Positions 21,428 through 31,671 of a stretch of DNA of 64,000 nt are shown here, piece after piece. Position numbers and translations under genes: made by a program. Origin of the DNA: an uncultured Clostridia bacterium (GTDB lineage: Bacteria > Bacillota > Clostridia > Christensenellales > UBA1242); the NCBI GenBank assembly GCA_944381145.1, contig CALWJZ010000001.1, positions 136,635 through 200,634 on the forward strand, given 5' to 3'. Every line of letters begins with the position of its first letter. Positions within the stretch are counted from its first letter, which is position 1. The notes under the pieces were generated by a model. That model was not told the DNA's origin and did no database searches. It saw only the letters and a list, made by a program, of their open reading frames with translations.

Positions 21428-22636
21428 CTAAAAAATATTTGCTGTACACATAATTAAACAAATAGTGATAACATACATGAAAGCAATACCTATTATTAAA
21501 ACGATTGGCATTATTAAAATTTTACTGCAATTAGTTAAAAAATTACTCATTTTTGTACTTCCTGTCATTTCAAGAATTCCACCAGATAATTGAAGTGCCA
21601 ATTTATATATTAATATAGTAATTATTGGTGAAATAATTGAGACAAATAAAATAAGAACTCCAATTAAACCAATTGTATTTTTTACTAAAACTGATCCAAG
21701 TATAAAAAAGTCCATTCCATCTGAAACATATGAACCAATTATTGGTATGTAACTTTTCATTGCAAACTTAGTAGCTTTTATGCTAACACTATCAAATTTA
21801 CCTGCTGATATACCCTGAATGCTTAAAAAACCAGTAAATAATGTAAATACAATCCCTATAACCCATTTGAAAGTAGAACTTAGAAAACTATTAATTTTAT
21901 TTAATTTTATTGTATCAGTTAAATGTCCAATAACAGTAAACAAAAATATAGTTATAAATAATGGATACAAAAATTTATCAAAAACAATACTAATAGCCGA
22001 TGTAAGTACAGCAACCAAAGGATTATATATTGATATAGAAGAAAAAGAACCTATTGTTCCAAGCAAAGTAATAAGAATTGGAAATATAATTTGCATTTGC
22101 GTCAAAATAAGATTAATAGTCCGATTTGTTAAATCTAAAATGTCCTTAAATGCAATAAGCACAACAATAATCATTACTGATAAAAAAACAAAACTTACAA
22201 CATCATTTGTATTTTTATTATCAGTTTTGAAATTATATATTAGATTATATAGAACACCAATTGCAATTAAAGTTAAAAGAAAAGGAATTATTTCTCTAAT
22301 GTCACCAAATACCAAAGCAAAAATTGCACTTGCAACTGATGTATAATTAGTAAAATATTCTCCTTCTAAAATTTGTGTAATTTTATTTTTGATTGAAACA
22401 TCAAATAAATTAATGTCTTCAAGATTATCAACCATATTTTGTATTTCACTTACATCAATTCCTTCAACAATATCATAAACACTGTTTGATAAACTTTCAC
22501 TAAATTCATCATTTTCATCTGCACTAGCAAAAAAATCTATTTGTATAGTTGATATCATTGCAAGCAATAACAACACAATAACAAGTAGAATTTTTTTGTA
22601 ACTTATTTTTTGTTTTTTCGAAAAGACAAATTTCAT
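21428..22636 (-). CDS. spoIIIAE: Stage III sporulation protein AE
   Basis: Multi-TM; KFAMKSYIPIIGSYVSD, GSVLVKNTIG. Confidence 0.92.
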   Translation of the reverse strand: MKFVFSKKQKISYKKILLVIVLLLLAMISTIQIDFFASADENDEFSESLSNSVYDIVEGIDVSEIQNMVDNLEDINLFDVSIKNKITQILEGEYFTNYTSVASAIFALVFGDIREIIPFLLTLIAIGVLYNLIYNFKTDNKNTNDVVSFVFLSVMIIVVLIAFKDILDLTNRTINLILTQMQIIFPILITLLGTIGSFSSISIYNPLVAVLTSAISIVFDKFLYPLFITIFLFTVIGHLTDTIKLNKINSFLSSTFKWVIGIVFTLFTGFLSIQGISAGKFDSVSIKATKFAMKSYIPIIGSYVSDGMDFFILGSVLVKNTIGLIGVLILFVSIISPIITILIYKLALQLSGGILEMTGSTKMSNFLTNCSKILIMPIVLIIGIAFMYVITICLIMCTANIF

Positions 22637-23019
22637 TAAATTAATTCCATTACCATATTAAATAAATTTGTAATTATAGGTAGACTCAAAGCAAAAATTA
22701 GCACTTTTCCAGCAATGATAATTTTATCTGCTATAGAATTATTTCCACTATCAATACAAACACCTGCTGAGAATTCAATTAAATAGCCCACCCCTATAAT
22801 TTTTAGAAGTGTCGTAAACATTGAATTATCCAGTCCTGTTTTATTGACAATCGTTGAAAAATAATTAAAAATATCTTGAATTCCACTCAAGATGTACGAA
22901 ATCAAAATTATACTACCAACAATTATGCAAATAAGTGAATATTCTGGCTTAATTTGCTTTAATAATACAGATAAAATTGATATTATTACACCCAGAATAA
23001 TAACTTTTATTAATTCCAA
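22636..23019 (-). CDS. spoIIIAD: Stage III sporulation protein AD
   Basis: LLKQIKPEY, LLKIIGVGYLIEF, CIDSGNNSIA; TTG start at 23019 with AGGAG SD. Confidence 0.92.
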   Translation of the reverse strand: MELIKVIILGVIISILSVLLKQIKPEYSLICIIVGSIILISYILSGIQDIFNYFSTIVNKTGLDNSMFTTLLKIIGVGYLIEFSAGVCIDSGNNSIADKIIIAGKVLIFALSLPIITNLFNMVMELI

Positions 23020-23029
23020 AATATCTCCT

Positions 23030-23227
23030 TTAATAAACTGCAAACAATGTTTTTACAGTATCAAATAAATCACTTATCATGTTTACGACAGAAAATAAAA
23101 CCACAATAATTCCAGCAAGAGTTACAAACGTTGCAATCTCATCTTTTCCTGCAATTTTTAATATTTGATTAATTACTGCAGTCAATATACCAATTGCTGC
23201 AATTTTAAAAATAATATCAATATCCAT
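23030..23227 (-). CDS. spoIIIAC: Stage III sporulation protein AC
   Basis: MDIDIIFKIAAIGILTAVINQILKIAGKDE. Confidence 0.95.
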   Translation of the reverse strand: MDIDIIFKIAAIGILTAVINQILKIAGKDEIATFVTLAGIIVVLFSVVNMISDLFDTVKTLFAVY

Positions 23228-23236
23228 TTCACACCA

Positions 23237-23689
23237 TCAAAAAAGCAAAATACAAATAATTATTCCAATTCCAATTATTAATTTAAAATACATTAGCCCC
23301 TTTTTTTGCAATTCATCTTTTGATTTGTTTTCTATTTCTACAAAAATATTTTCATAATAATTTAAATTATTTATTTCAAAATTCACATCACCATGACCAA
23401 TACTTTTAAAGAAATCAATAACTTTTTTCTTATCATTTTTCAAAAAATAATTAGAAAATGATAGTTTATTATTTTTTATAATATATCTACTTGTTTTGTT
23501 TATTTGTTTAAATATATTAGTCAATAAATCATTAATCTGATTTTTATTGAAAGAGATATTATTTTTTAGACTTCTACAAATATATACCAAATCAAAAAAT
23601 AATTTTTGTCTAACCAAATAATACATATACACAAAGATAGCGACTAAAACAAAACTTGCAAACAATAGAAAAATTAAAAACAATTTCAT
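23237..23689 (-). CDS. spoIIIAB: Stage III sporulation protein AB (divergent)
   Basis: TMs at both ends, FKSIGHGD, KKGLMYFKLIIGIG; located between AA and AC. Confidence 0.75.
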   Translation of the reverse strand: MKLFLIFLLFASFVLVAIFVYMYYLVRQKLFFDLVYICRSLKNNISFNKNQINDLLTNIFKQINKTSRYIIKNNKLSFSNYFLKNDKKKVIDFFKSIGHGDVNFEINNLNYYENIFVEIENKSKDELQKKGLMYFKLIIGIGIIICILLF

Positions 23690-24600
23690 TAAACACCAAT
23701 TAATACAAAGTTTTCATTAAAAATTCCTTCCAAAGTTCCTACACCATTTGAATTTGACAATACAACAAATCGTTCAAACAAATTCTTTTGTAACATATAT
23801 TTAAATGCTTGTTTGTTTTTTAAATCTTGTATTGAACTAGCATGTAAAGTGGCAATTACTTTTACACCACTTGTCAGAGCATTTTCAATAATATCTAAAT
23901 CTTTTTCAATATTAATTTCGTCAGTAACAATTACATCTGGTTTCATACTTCTTATACCATTTTCAAAACCAAATTTTTTTGTTGAATTTTTATAAACATC
24001 TATATTACTAAGATTGATTGTATTTTCTCCATCAAATATACTTGTAATTTCTTGTCTTTCATCAACGACTAAAATATTTAATAATTTTTCCTTTGAAGAC
24101 AACTGATAAATTAAGTCTCTCAAATATGTAGTTTTGCCAGCTCCAGGAGGCGATATAATTAATGTATTTTTTACAATATTATTTTGCACAATATAAGGAT
24201 AAATTTTGAGACTACAATTTTTCAATAAATGAGGAAATCTAAAATTTATAGATGAAATATTTTTTATGGTTTTTAATTTCCCATCTATTTGAACTGCTTC
24301 ACCACAAACTCCAATTCTTATACCACCACTTAAAGTTACGTAACCTTCTATTAATTGATCATTAATTGAATAAAAAGAATTATTACTAATTTTTTGAATA
24401 ATTGATTGAAGTTCTCCCATTGAAACTGTTAAAGATTCATTTGATATTTTGGAAAGTTGTGTATTACATAGAAAATAATTTTCACCTAAAATATTAACAA
24501 TTGTTGGATTGTTAGCTCTAATTCTTAATTCACATAGAGAATTATATGGAATTTTATTCAATGCATTACTTATTTTAGTTGGTAAAATACTATCTAACAT
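23689..24600 (-). CDS. spoIIIAA: Stage III sporulation ATPase AA
   Basis: ELRIR, GIRIGVCG, SPPGAGKTT, VDERQEI, IRSMKPDVIVTDEI. Confidence 0.95.
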   Translation of the reverse strand: MLDSILPTKISNALNKIPYNSLCELRIRANNPTIVNILGENYFLCNTQLSKISNESLTVSMGELQSIIQKISNNSFYSINDQLIEGYVTLSGGIRIGVCGEAVQIDGKLKTIKNISSINFRFPHLLKNCSLKIYPYIVQNNIVKNTLIISPPGAGKTTYLRDLIYQLSSKEKLLNILVVDERQEITSIFDGENTINLSNIDVYKNSTKKFGFENGIRSMKPDVIVTDEINIEKDLDIIENALTSGVKVIATLHASSIQDLKNKQAFKYMLQKNLFERFVVLSNSNGVGTLEGIFNENFVLIGV

Positions 24601-24736
24601 AAACACTCCTTTTTTTATAAATACTGATTGAGATTAAATAATATTAAAAAATAAAAAAAGTATGCAAAAATTTTTTATTGCATACTTAAAATTACAACAT
24701 TTTCAAACAAAATATTTCATAAAAAAGACAATATTA

Positions 24737-25588
24737 TTAAATATTTACATTGTTATATATATTTTTCAAAATTTGAGCATCTCTAGCCATATATTCTTTG
24801 CTTTCACATATAACAACACAATCTAAATCATAATCTTTTAGAACTTTTGCCAATGGTTGAAATTCAGGGCCATATATACTATCTTCTAGTGTTAAATGTT
24901 TTATTTCACCTTTTGGACCATATTCAATTTTACTAAAATGTATATGTGCCATTTTAGTGCGTTCTAAACCAATAATTTGAATACTTTTATCAATAATTTT
25001 TTTATAATCTTCATAAGTTCTTAAAGAACCTTGAGTAAGAGCATTAATATGCCCAAAATCAAATGTCGGCAAAAATTTATCATAAATAGTACAAAAATCT
25101 AATATTTCGTCATAAGTTCCAATTTGTGCTGATTTGCCCATAGTTTCAAGGCATACATACATATCATCATAATGATTTTCTATTATTTTGTCTTTTAAAA
25201 TATTTAATCTTTTTTTACAAAGCTCAACAGCTTCTTCTCTCGACAATTTACCTTGTGATGCAGGATGAACAACTAAATGATTGCCACCCATGAGTTTTAA
25301 CTTCCTTAAACTTTCTAAAACATAACCATAGCTTTTTTCTGCCATTTCATCACTAGGTGTAGCAAAATTGATGTAATATGGAGCATGAATTGATATTGTG
25401 ATACCAAATTTTTTCATTTCATTCCCAATTTGAATTGCTGTTTCATCTGGAAGAGTAAATCCTTTTCCAAAAGAGTATTCGTAAGCATCAAGACCTTTCG
25501 ATTTTAGCCATTTTGGAGCTTCTATTGTTCTTTTGTACCCATCATCATAAAAAGTTTTGCAATTCCCTGCTGGACCAAACTTAACCAT
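24737..25588 (-). CDS. AP endonuclease family 2 (endonuclease IV-like TIM barrel)
   Basis: FGPAG start, HAPYYIN, VVHP, LETMGK, DFGH, HIHFS metal ligands. Confidence 0.85.
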   Translation of the reverse strand: MVKFGPAGNCKTFYDDGYKRTIEAPKWLKSKGLDAYEYSFGKGFTLPDETAIQIGNEMKKFGITISIHAPYYINFATPSDEMAEKSYGYVLESLRKLKLMGGNHLVVHPASQGKLSREEAVELCKKRLNILKDKIIENHYDDMYVCLETMGKSAQIGTYDEILDFCTIYDKFLPTFDFGHINALTQGSLRTYEDYKKIIDKSIQIIGLERTKMAHIHFSKIEYGPKGEIKHLTLEDSIYGPEFQPLAKVLKDYDLDCVVICESKEYMARDAQILKNIYNNVNI

Positions 25589-25593
25589 ATAAC

Positions 25594-26457
25594 TTATTCC
25601 TCTAAATATGTATCTAACTTTAATTGATCTTTATGAGGTTTACAGACCCCAATTAAAGAACTATTATAAATCAAAAAAGAATTATTTTTTATTTCTTTGT
25701 ATTTAATAATCTTTCCTTCTAATAATTTTTTATAAATATCATTATTTATTTCAATTTTTTCAAAATTTGACAAAACTTGTAAAGGAGAAATAATATAATC
25801 AGTCAAACATCTTTCATTAAGTAATTTATCTAATTCAACTGAATTATCTAAGTTAAAAAAACCAACACTACTTCTTTCTAAAAAACTCATTGTAGCGAAC
25901 GTACCTAATTTTTCTCCTAAATCTCTACCTATTGCTCTTATGTATGTACCTGCACTACAAGCAATTTTAAATTTATATCTTGAATTGTCAATTTTTTTTG
26001 TTAAAGTAAATTCAAATATTTCAATTTCTTTGGGTGTTAAATCAAAATCAACGCCCTTTCTAGCTAAATCATATGCTCTTATGCCATTAACGTTTTTTGC
26101 ACTAAATTTTGGTGGCATTTGAGACATTTTCCCAACAAAAGATTTGATAGTATTTTTAATATCTTGTTCATTTGGAATAAAAGAACATGTATTAATAATT
26201 TTTCCAGTTACATCAAGAGTATCTGTAAGATATCCAAAATCAAAAATTACATTATAAACTTTAATTTTGGATAACATATAATCAAATAATCTTGTAGCTT
26301 TGCCAATAGCAACTGGCAACAATCCACAAGCAATAGGGTCAAGAGTACCCATATGCCCTAATTTTTTTATATTAAACTTTTTCTTTAATTTCTGAATAAC
26401 CTCATTACTTGTAATTCCTGAAGGTTTATAAATATTAATAAATCCTATCATAAGCAC
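25594..26457 (-). CDS. truB: tRNA pseudouridine(55) synthase
   Basis: KPSGITS, GHMGTLDP, QMPPKFSA, CSAGTYIRA. Confidence 0.96.
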   Translation of the reverse strand: MLMIGFINIYKPSGITSNEVIQKLKKKFNIKKLGHMGTLDPIACGLLPVAIGKATRLFDYMLSKIKVYNVIFDFGYLTDTLDVTGKIINTCSFIPNEQDIKNTIKSFVGKMSQMPPKFSAKNVNGIRAYDLARKGVDFDLTPKEIEIFEFTLTKKIDNSRYKFKIACSAGTYIRAIGRDLGEKLGTFATMSFLERSSVGFFNLDNSVELDKLLNERCLTDYIISPLQVLSNFEKIEINNDIYKKLLEGKIIKYKEIKNNSFLIYNSSLIGVCKPHKDQLKLDTYLEE

Positions 26458-26490
26458 CTTGTCTTTTATAATAATACTATATAAAAAAAT

Positions 26491-26520
26491 AAAAAAAATA
26501 GCAACCTATAGTTGCTATTT
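26491..26520 (-). terminator. Intrinsic terminator after rbfA
   Basis: AAATAGCAAC-ctata-GTTGCTATTT with T run. Confidence 0.75.
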
Positions 26521-26521
26521 A

Positions 26522-26872
26522 TTAAAGATTATTATCACTATTAATTTTTGCAAGAGTTTCTTCAATTCTACTTCCATATTCATAACTATCATCTAAATAA
26601 AAAGTTAAAAATGGTACTTTTCTTAAATCAATAGCCTGTGCAAGTTGCTTTCTAATAAAACCTGCAGAATGTTTAATTTGATTAAATACCTCTTCTCTAT
26701 TATTTTCTTCAAAAATAGATAAATAAATTTTTGATTGTTCAAGATCAGTAGTAGTGTCAACTTTTGTAACCGTTATTAATCCTTTAATCAAAGGATTTTT
26801 TATATCATTTGCAATAATATAACTTATTGCTTTTTGAATTTCGCTATTAACTCTTAGTATTCTTTCGCTCAT
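26522..26872 (-). CDS. rbfA: Ribosome-binding factor A
   Basis: RILRVNSEIQK, TVTKVDTTTDL, DLRKVPFLTFYLDDS. Confidence 0.95.
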   Translation of the reverse strand: MSERILRVNSEIQKAISYIIANDIKNPLIKGLITVTKVDTTTDLEQSKIYLSIFEENNREEVFNQIKHSAGFIRKQLAQAIDLRKVPFLTFYLDDSYEYGSRIEETLAKINSDNNL

Positions 26873-26881
26873 GATATACTC

Positions 26882-29350
26882 CTAAATTTGTTCTAAGCAA
26901 TATGCCTCTAAAATATCACCAACTTCAATATCATTGAAATTTTTAAGTTTAATACCACATTCATATCCTAATTTAATAGTTTTTACTTGATCTTTTTGTT
27001 GTTGAAGAGTATCTATAGCAGTATCAAATACAACTTCACCCTTTCTTATAACTCTAATAGAACTATCTCTATTAATATATCCATCAGTAACGTAACAACC
27101 TGCAATATTACCAATACTACTAATTTTGAATATTTGTCTAATTTCAGCATGACCTGTAATTACTTCTTCAAATTTTGGCGTTTGCATTCCATTTATAATA
27201 TTAGTAATATTATCAACTGCTTCATAAATAATTTTGGTTAATATAATTTGAACTTTATTTTTTTCAGCAAGTTGTTTTGCTTTTGCTTCAGGTTTTACAT
27301 CAAATCCAACTATTATAGCTTTACTAGCAATAGCAAGAATAACATCACTTTCATTTATACCACCTACTGCAGAATGAATAACTTGCACTTTTGCCTCTTC
27401 ATTATGAATTTTTTCAAGTGTAGTTTTCAATGCTTCGCAAGAACCTTTTACATCTGCTTTTATAATAACTTTTAGCACTTTTATCTCGTGATCAGCAGAT
27501 TGTTGTAAGAAATCTTCTAGAGTTATGCCATTATTTTTTTCAAGTTTCTCAATTTGTAATTTACTAGTTCTTTCTGCAACGATATTTCGTGCCATCTTTT
27601 CATCAACTACATAAGCCATATCACCTGCTTCTGGACAAACATCGAAACCTAATACTGATACTGGCATACTTGGACCTGCAGATTTTACACTTTTGCCGTT
27701 GTAATCTACCATTGCTCTGATTCTTCCAGATGCAACGCCACTAACCATAAAATCACCAATATGAAGTGTTCCATTTTTTATAAGTATAGTTGCAACTATT
27801 CCTCTACCTTTATCAACCTTACTCTCTAAAATAGTACCACTTGCTTCTTGAGTACTATCTGCTTTTAATTCTAATATTTCAGCAACAAGCAAAACAGCTT
27901 CTAGTAATTTATCAATATTTTGGTTTTTCTTTGCAGAGATAGGAACACAAATTACATCTCCACCCCATTCTTCACAAACAACATCATATTCAGTAAGTTG
28001 CTGTTTAACTCTATCAACATTGGCTTCTGGCTTGTCAATCTTATTTATTGCAACAATCATAGGTACTCCAGCAGCTTTTATATGATTGATTGCTTCTATA
28101 GTTTGAGGCATAATACCATCATCAGCTGCAACTACCAAAATTGCAATATCAGTAAGTTTTGCACCTCTTGCTCTAATAGCAGTAAAAGCTTCATGACCAG
28201 GAGTATCAATAAATGTTATAGAATTATTATTATAAACGACTGAATATGCTCCAATATGTTGAGTAATTCCACCTGCTTCACCTTGAATAACGTTAGTGTT
28301 TCTTATTGCATCCAACAAAGAAGTTTTACCATGATCAACATGCCCCATTACAGTTACAACTGGTGGTCTTGGCTCTGTTGCATTAGATTGATTATCAAAC
28401 ATTTCGTGTAATTTTTCTTCATAGTTTTTACTAATTTTTTGTTCTAACGTTACACCAAATTCTTGAGCTACTAGTTCAGCAGTTTGAAAATCTATAACAG
28501 AATTAATGTTAGGCATCATTCCAAGCATCAAAAATTTTTTGATTATATCAACAGCTGGTTTTCCAATTTTTTCTGATAATATTTTTACAGTTAGATTTTC
28601 TGTGTCAATGACAGCTCTGTCTATATTTTGTTTTTCAACAACAACTTGTGGTTTAGGTTTTTTAATCTTTGTTCTAACTCTGCCCATTCTTTCTTCGCCG
28701 TCTAAATCATAATCGTTGTCTATATCTATATAGCCCATTTTTATTTTAGCTTTTTTGCTTAATTCTTTCTTTTCTGTATCGAATTGTTTAGTTTTGTTTT
28801 TATTGCCAAAGTTTCTGTCTTTCTCAGTTTTTGCAATTAAAGGTTCTACAATATCAGTTTTGTTTAATTTTGGTTTATAACCGTTATTATCTCTTGGTAC
28901 AAAAGGCTTTTTATCAAACGATTTATTTTGATTAAAGTTATTTGATTGTTGCTTTTGATCTTTATTGAATTTATTGTCTTTTTGATTAAATTTAGAAAAT
29001 TTAGAATTATCAAAGTTAGTTTTATCTTTTCTAAAGCCTTTATCAAAAGATTTTAATTCATTTGATTTATTTGTGCTGAAAGTAGTAGGCTGTTTCTCAA
29101 TGTCTTTTTTTATATTTGTTGAAGTTACATTTGCCTCTTTGATATCATTATTAGTCTGGATACTGATATTGGCTTTCTTTAACTTGTCTTCGTATTCTTT
29201 TAAATTTTTACAAAAAGTATCCAAAGACATTTTTGACTTTGAAATATTAGAAACCATAGTACTTAATTCTTTACCACTTATGATTCCACTTAACTTTTTT
29301 AAATTTTCAAAAGAAACTGATTTTTGTTTATTATTTTCTTTATTTTCCAA
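26882..29350 (-). CDS. infB: Translation initiation factor IF-2
   Basis: RPPVVTVMGHVDHGKTSLLD, GGITQHIGA, DTPGH, NKID; TTG start. Confidence 0.98.
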   Translation of the reverse strand: MENKENNKQKSVSFENLKKLSGIISGKELSTMVSNISKSKMSLDTFCKNLKEYEDKLKKANISIQTNNDIKEANVTSTNIKKDIEKQPTTFSTNKSNELKSFDKGFRKDKTNFDNSKFSKFNQKDNKFNKDQKQQSNNFNQNKSFDKKPFVPRDNNGYKPKLNKTDIVEPLIAKTEKDRNFGNKNKTKQFDTEKKELSKKAKIKMGYIDIDNDYDLDGEERMGRVRTKIKKPKPQVVVEKQNIDRAVIDTENLTVKILSEKIGKPAVDIIKKFLMLGMMPNINSVIDFQTAELVAQEFGVTLEQKISKNYEEKLHEMFDNQSNATEPRPPVVTVMGHVDHGKTSLLDAIRNTNVIQGEAGGITQHIGAYSVVYNNNSITFIDTPGHEAFTAIRARGAKLTDIAILVVAADDGIMPQTIEAINHIKAAGVPMIVAINKIDKPEANVDRVKQQLTEYDVVCEEWGGDVICVPISAKKNQNIDKLLEAVLLVAEILELKADSTQEASGTILESKVDKGRGIVATILIKNGTLHIGDFMVSGVASGRIRAMVDYNGKSVKSAGPSMPVSVLGFDVCPEAGDMAYVVDEKMARNIVAERTSKLQIEKLEKNNGITLEDFLQQSADHEIKVLKVIIKADVKGSCEALKTTLEKIHNEEAKVQVIHSAVGGINESDVILAIASKAIIVGFDVKPEAKAKQLAEKNKVQIILTKIIYEAVDNITNIINGMQTPKFEEVITGHAEIRQIFKISSIGNIAGCYVTDGYINRDSSIRVIRKGEVVFDTAIDTLQQQKDQVKTIKLGYECGIKLKNFNDIEVGDILEAYCLEQI

Positions 29351-29379
29351 TATTAACCTCTCCAGCGTAACTTTCTATA

Positions 29380-29676
29380 TTATTTATTTAATTCATTAAC
29401 AATTGCATTAGATAAATTTTTATCACAAACTCCTATTAATTTGCAATTACTTCTTTTTATTATATCACCTAAAATTAAATTTTCAAGTACCAACAATTTT
29501 ATTTCATGATAATTACAAAATTTATCAATTTTTTGCAACATTTTATTATTTAGCGTTGAACATGCCAAAACAATATATGGAATTTTTTTTAACTTAAAAA
29601 GATTGTCATAACCAAATATAATTTTACCACTATTAATTGCAAAACCCAAATAAGCACTAAGATTATTTTTATTCAA
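29380..29676 (-). CDS. L7Ae/L30e-like protein (YlxQ-like)
   Basis: LSAYLGFAINSGKIIFG; between ylxR and infB; probable TTG start at 29676. Confidence 0.8.
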   Translation of the reverse strand: MNKNNLSAYLGFAINSGKIIFGYDNLFKLKKIPYIVLACSTLNNKMLQKIDKFCNYHEIKLLVLENLILGDIIKRSNCKLIGVCDKNLSNAIVNELNK

Positions 29677-29926
29677 AAAAACTCTCCTTAATTTTATCAT
29701 ATACATCTTGAGAAATATTTTGCTTAAATGTTTTATTTAATAATTTATTTTTGATTAATTTTTCTATGCATTCTTGATTATTACAAATATATGCGCCTCG
29801 ACCATTTAATTTACCAGATTTGTCCAACAAAAAATCATCATTATTTTTTACAATCCTAATCAAATCTTTCTTTGGCTTACATTGTTTACAAGAAATACAT
29901 GTTCGCATAGGTATTTTTTTTATCAT
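29669..29926 (-). CDS. ylxR: YlxR/RnpM family RNA-binding protein
   Basis: PMRTCISC, KKDLIRIV, GRGAYIC. Confidence 0.93.
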   Translation of the reverse strand: MIKKIPMRTCISCKQCKPKKDLIRIVKNNDDFLLDKSGKLNGRGAYICNNQECIEKLIKNKLLNKTFKQNISQDVYDKIKESFFE

Positions 29927-29936
29927 TTCAGACTCC

Positions 29937-31061
29937 TTAATTCAAGTCATCAAAAGCATCTTCATTATCAAATAAATTATCATAATTATTTTCAGAATTA
30001 GAATCATCAAGATTCAAAGAAGGTACAGCACTTTTTGCCTTGACATCAATCTTCCAACCAGTAAGTCTTGCAGCAAGTCTTACATTCTGACCAGATTTTC
30101 CAATTGCAAGGCTTAATTTGTCATCTGGAACAACAGCCAAAGAAGTTTTATCTTCGGTATTAGTATGAATGTATAATACAGTGGCAGGACTAAGTGCAGA
30201 AACAATATATTCACCTGGTACATCACTATATGGAATAATATCAATTTTTTCTCCATTTAGTTCGTTAACTATTTCGTTAACCCTCATACCTTTGTTACCA
30301 ATACAAGCACCAATACAATCTAATGATTTATTATCACTGTAGACTGACATTTTTGTTCTATAACCTGCTTCTCTAACGATATTTTTGATAACAATTTCTC
30401 CATTAGCTATTTCAGGTACTTCAAGTTCAAACAATTTTTTAACAAAACTAGCAGAGCTTCTAGATAATTGCACATAGGACATATTATATTTGTCCCTAAT
30501 ATTTTTTACAACCACTTTTATTCTATCATTAATTTTATATTTCTCACCAGGTATTTGATCTTTTAATGCCAACACACCTTCAATTTGTGTCATACCAAGG
30601 TCAACATAAACATTATCACCTTCTATTCTTCTTATAATTCCAGTAACAAGTTCATCTTGTTTTGTATTTACCTCGTCCATAACTTTGTTTCTTTCAGCTT
30701 CTCTCAATCTTTGCATAACAACTTGTTTAGCCGTTTGAGCAGCAATTCTTCCAAAATTTTTAGTTGTTTCTTCTTGTTGAACGACATCTCCAACTTTATA
30801 ACTTTTTTTAATCAATTTAGCCTCTGCCAAACTTATTTCTTTATCACTATCCAAAACTTCATTTACTACAGTTTTGTAAGAATAAATTTTAATAGTATTC
30901 TTTTCTGGATTAAGTTTTACAAAAGCACTTTTAGCTTCACCAAAATTTTTCTTATAAGCACTAGTAAGTGCAGTTTCTAATGCCTCTATAAAATATTCTT
31001 GATTAATACCTTTTTGTTCTTCTAAATCTTTTAGTGCTTGAAAAAAATCTTTGTTTATCAT
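29937..31061 (-). CDS. nusA: Transcription termination factor NusA
   Basis: FGRIAAQTAKQV, REAGYRTK, GACIG, SLAIGKSGQNVRLAA. Confidence 0.98.
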   Translation of the reverse strand: MINKDFFQALKDLEEQKGINQEYFIEALETALTSAYKKNFGEAKSAFVKLNPEKNTIKIYSYKTVVNEVLDSDKEISLAEAKLIKKSYKVGDVVQQEETTKNFGRIAAQTAKQVVMQRLREAERNKVMDEVNTKQDELVTGIIRRIEGDNVYVDLGMTQIEGVLALKDQIPGEKYKINDRIKVVVKNIRDKYNMSYVQLSRSSASFVKKLFELEVPEIANGEIVIKNIVREAGYRTKMSVYSDNKSLDCIGACIGNKGMRVNEIVNELNGEKIDIIPYSDVPGEYIVSALSPATVLYIHTNTEDKTSLAVVPDDKLSLAIGKSGQNVRLAARLTGWKIDVKAKSAVPSLNLDDSNSENNYDNLFDNEDAFDDLN

Positions 31062-31070
31062 ATATTCCTC

Positions 31071-31532
31071 CTAAAAATCCAAGTGTGCACAAATATTTGC
31101 TATTAAATTTCGTTCAATCGAAATACATTCGTTATTATATTTTACATTAATAGAGTTTTGATTAAAACTTAAAAGCGTAGCAATTATCATTTTTTCATTA
31201 CAAAATGGTTTATAAAATTTAATATCAACCATTTTGTTCAAATGCTTATTAAAGTCATAATCAGTTTTAAAATTTCTATCAAGTCCATATGATGATACAT
31301 TAAAATTATATGATTGCCCATTAGTAATATCGTTATCATCAAGGGGTTTGTCCAAAGCCTTTGAAACCTTTTCACAATCATTAATTGTAATACCATTAGG
31401 GCTATCAATTGTTAACGCTAAAACATAACCACTAAATTCTTTTTTGTACTCCAAATCGACAAAAATATAACCTAAATTTTCAACAATAGGCTTGATAATC
31501 TTGATAGCTTTATCAACAACTCTTAAACTCAT
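31071..31532 (-). CDS. rimP: Ribosome maturation factor RimP
   Basis: IDSPNGITINDCEKVS, YNFNVSSYGLDR. Confidence 0.93.
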   Translation of the reverse strand: MSLRVVDKAIKIIKPIVENLGYIFVDLEYKKEFSGYVLALTIDSPNGITINDCEKVSKALDKPLDDNDITNGQSYNFNVSSYGLDRNFKTDYDFNKHLNKMVDIKFYKPFCNEKMIIATLLSFNQNSINVKYNNECISIERNLIANICAHLDF

Positions 31533-31551
31533 AAATCACCTTATTATTAAA

Positions 31552-31592
31552 CAAAATTTAAGAGTGAACCCTAAAATCAGGAAGTCCACTCT
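31552..31592 (-). promoter_or_regulatory. rimP-nusA leader hairpin (putative NusA-dependent attenuator)
   Basis: AGAGUGGAC...GUUCACUCU stem with a weak U tract, downstream of TTGATT-N17-TATATT and upstream of rimP. Confidence 0.55.
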
Positions 31593-31671
31593 AATAATCT
31601 AGTATTAACTAAAAATAATATATCATAAAATTTATCTAAAATCAAGGCTTTTTTGCACTTTAATAGTATTT

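Noticed and set aside
28680-29350. Low-complexity N-terminus of IF-2 as a repeat or separate element
   Set aside because: Variable disordered IF-2 N-termini are normal and no nucleotide-level tandem repeat is visible
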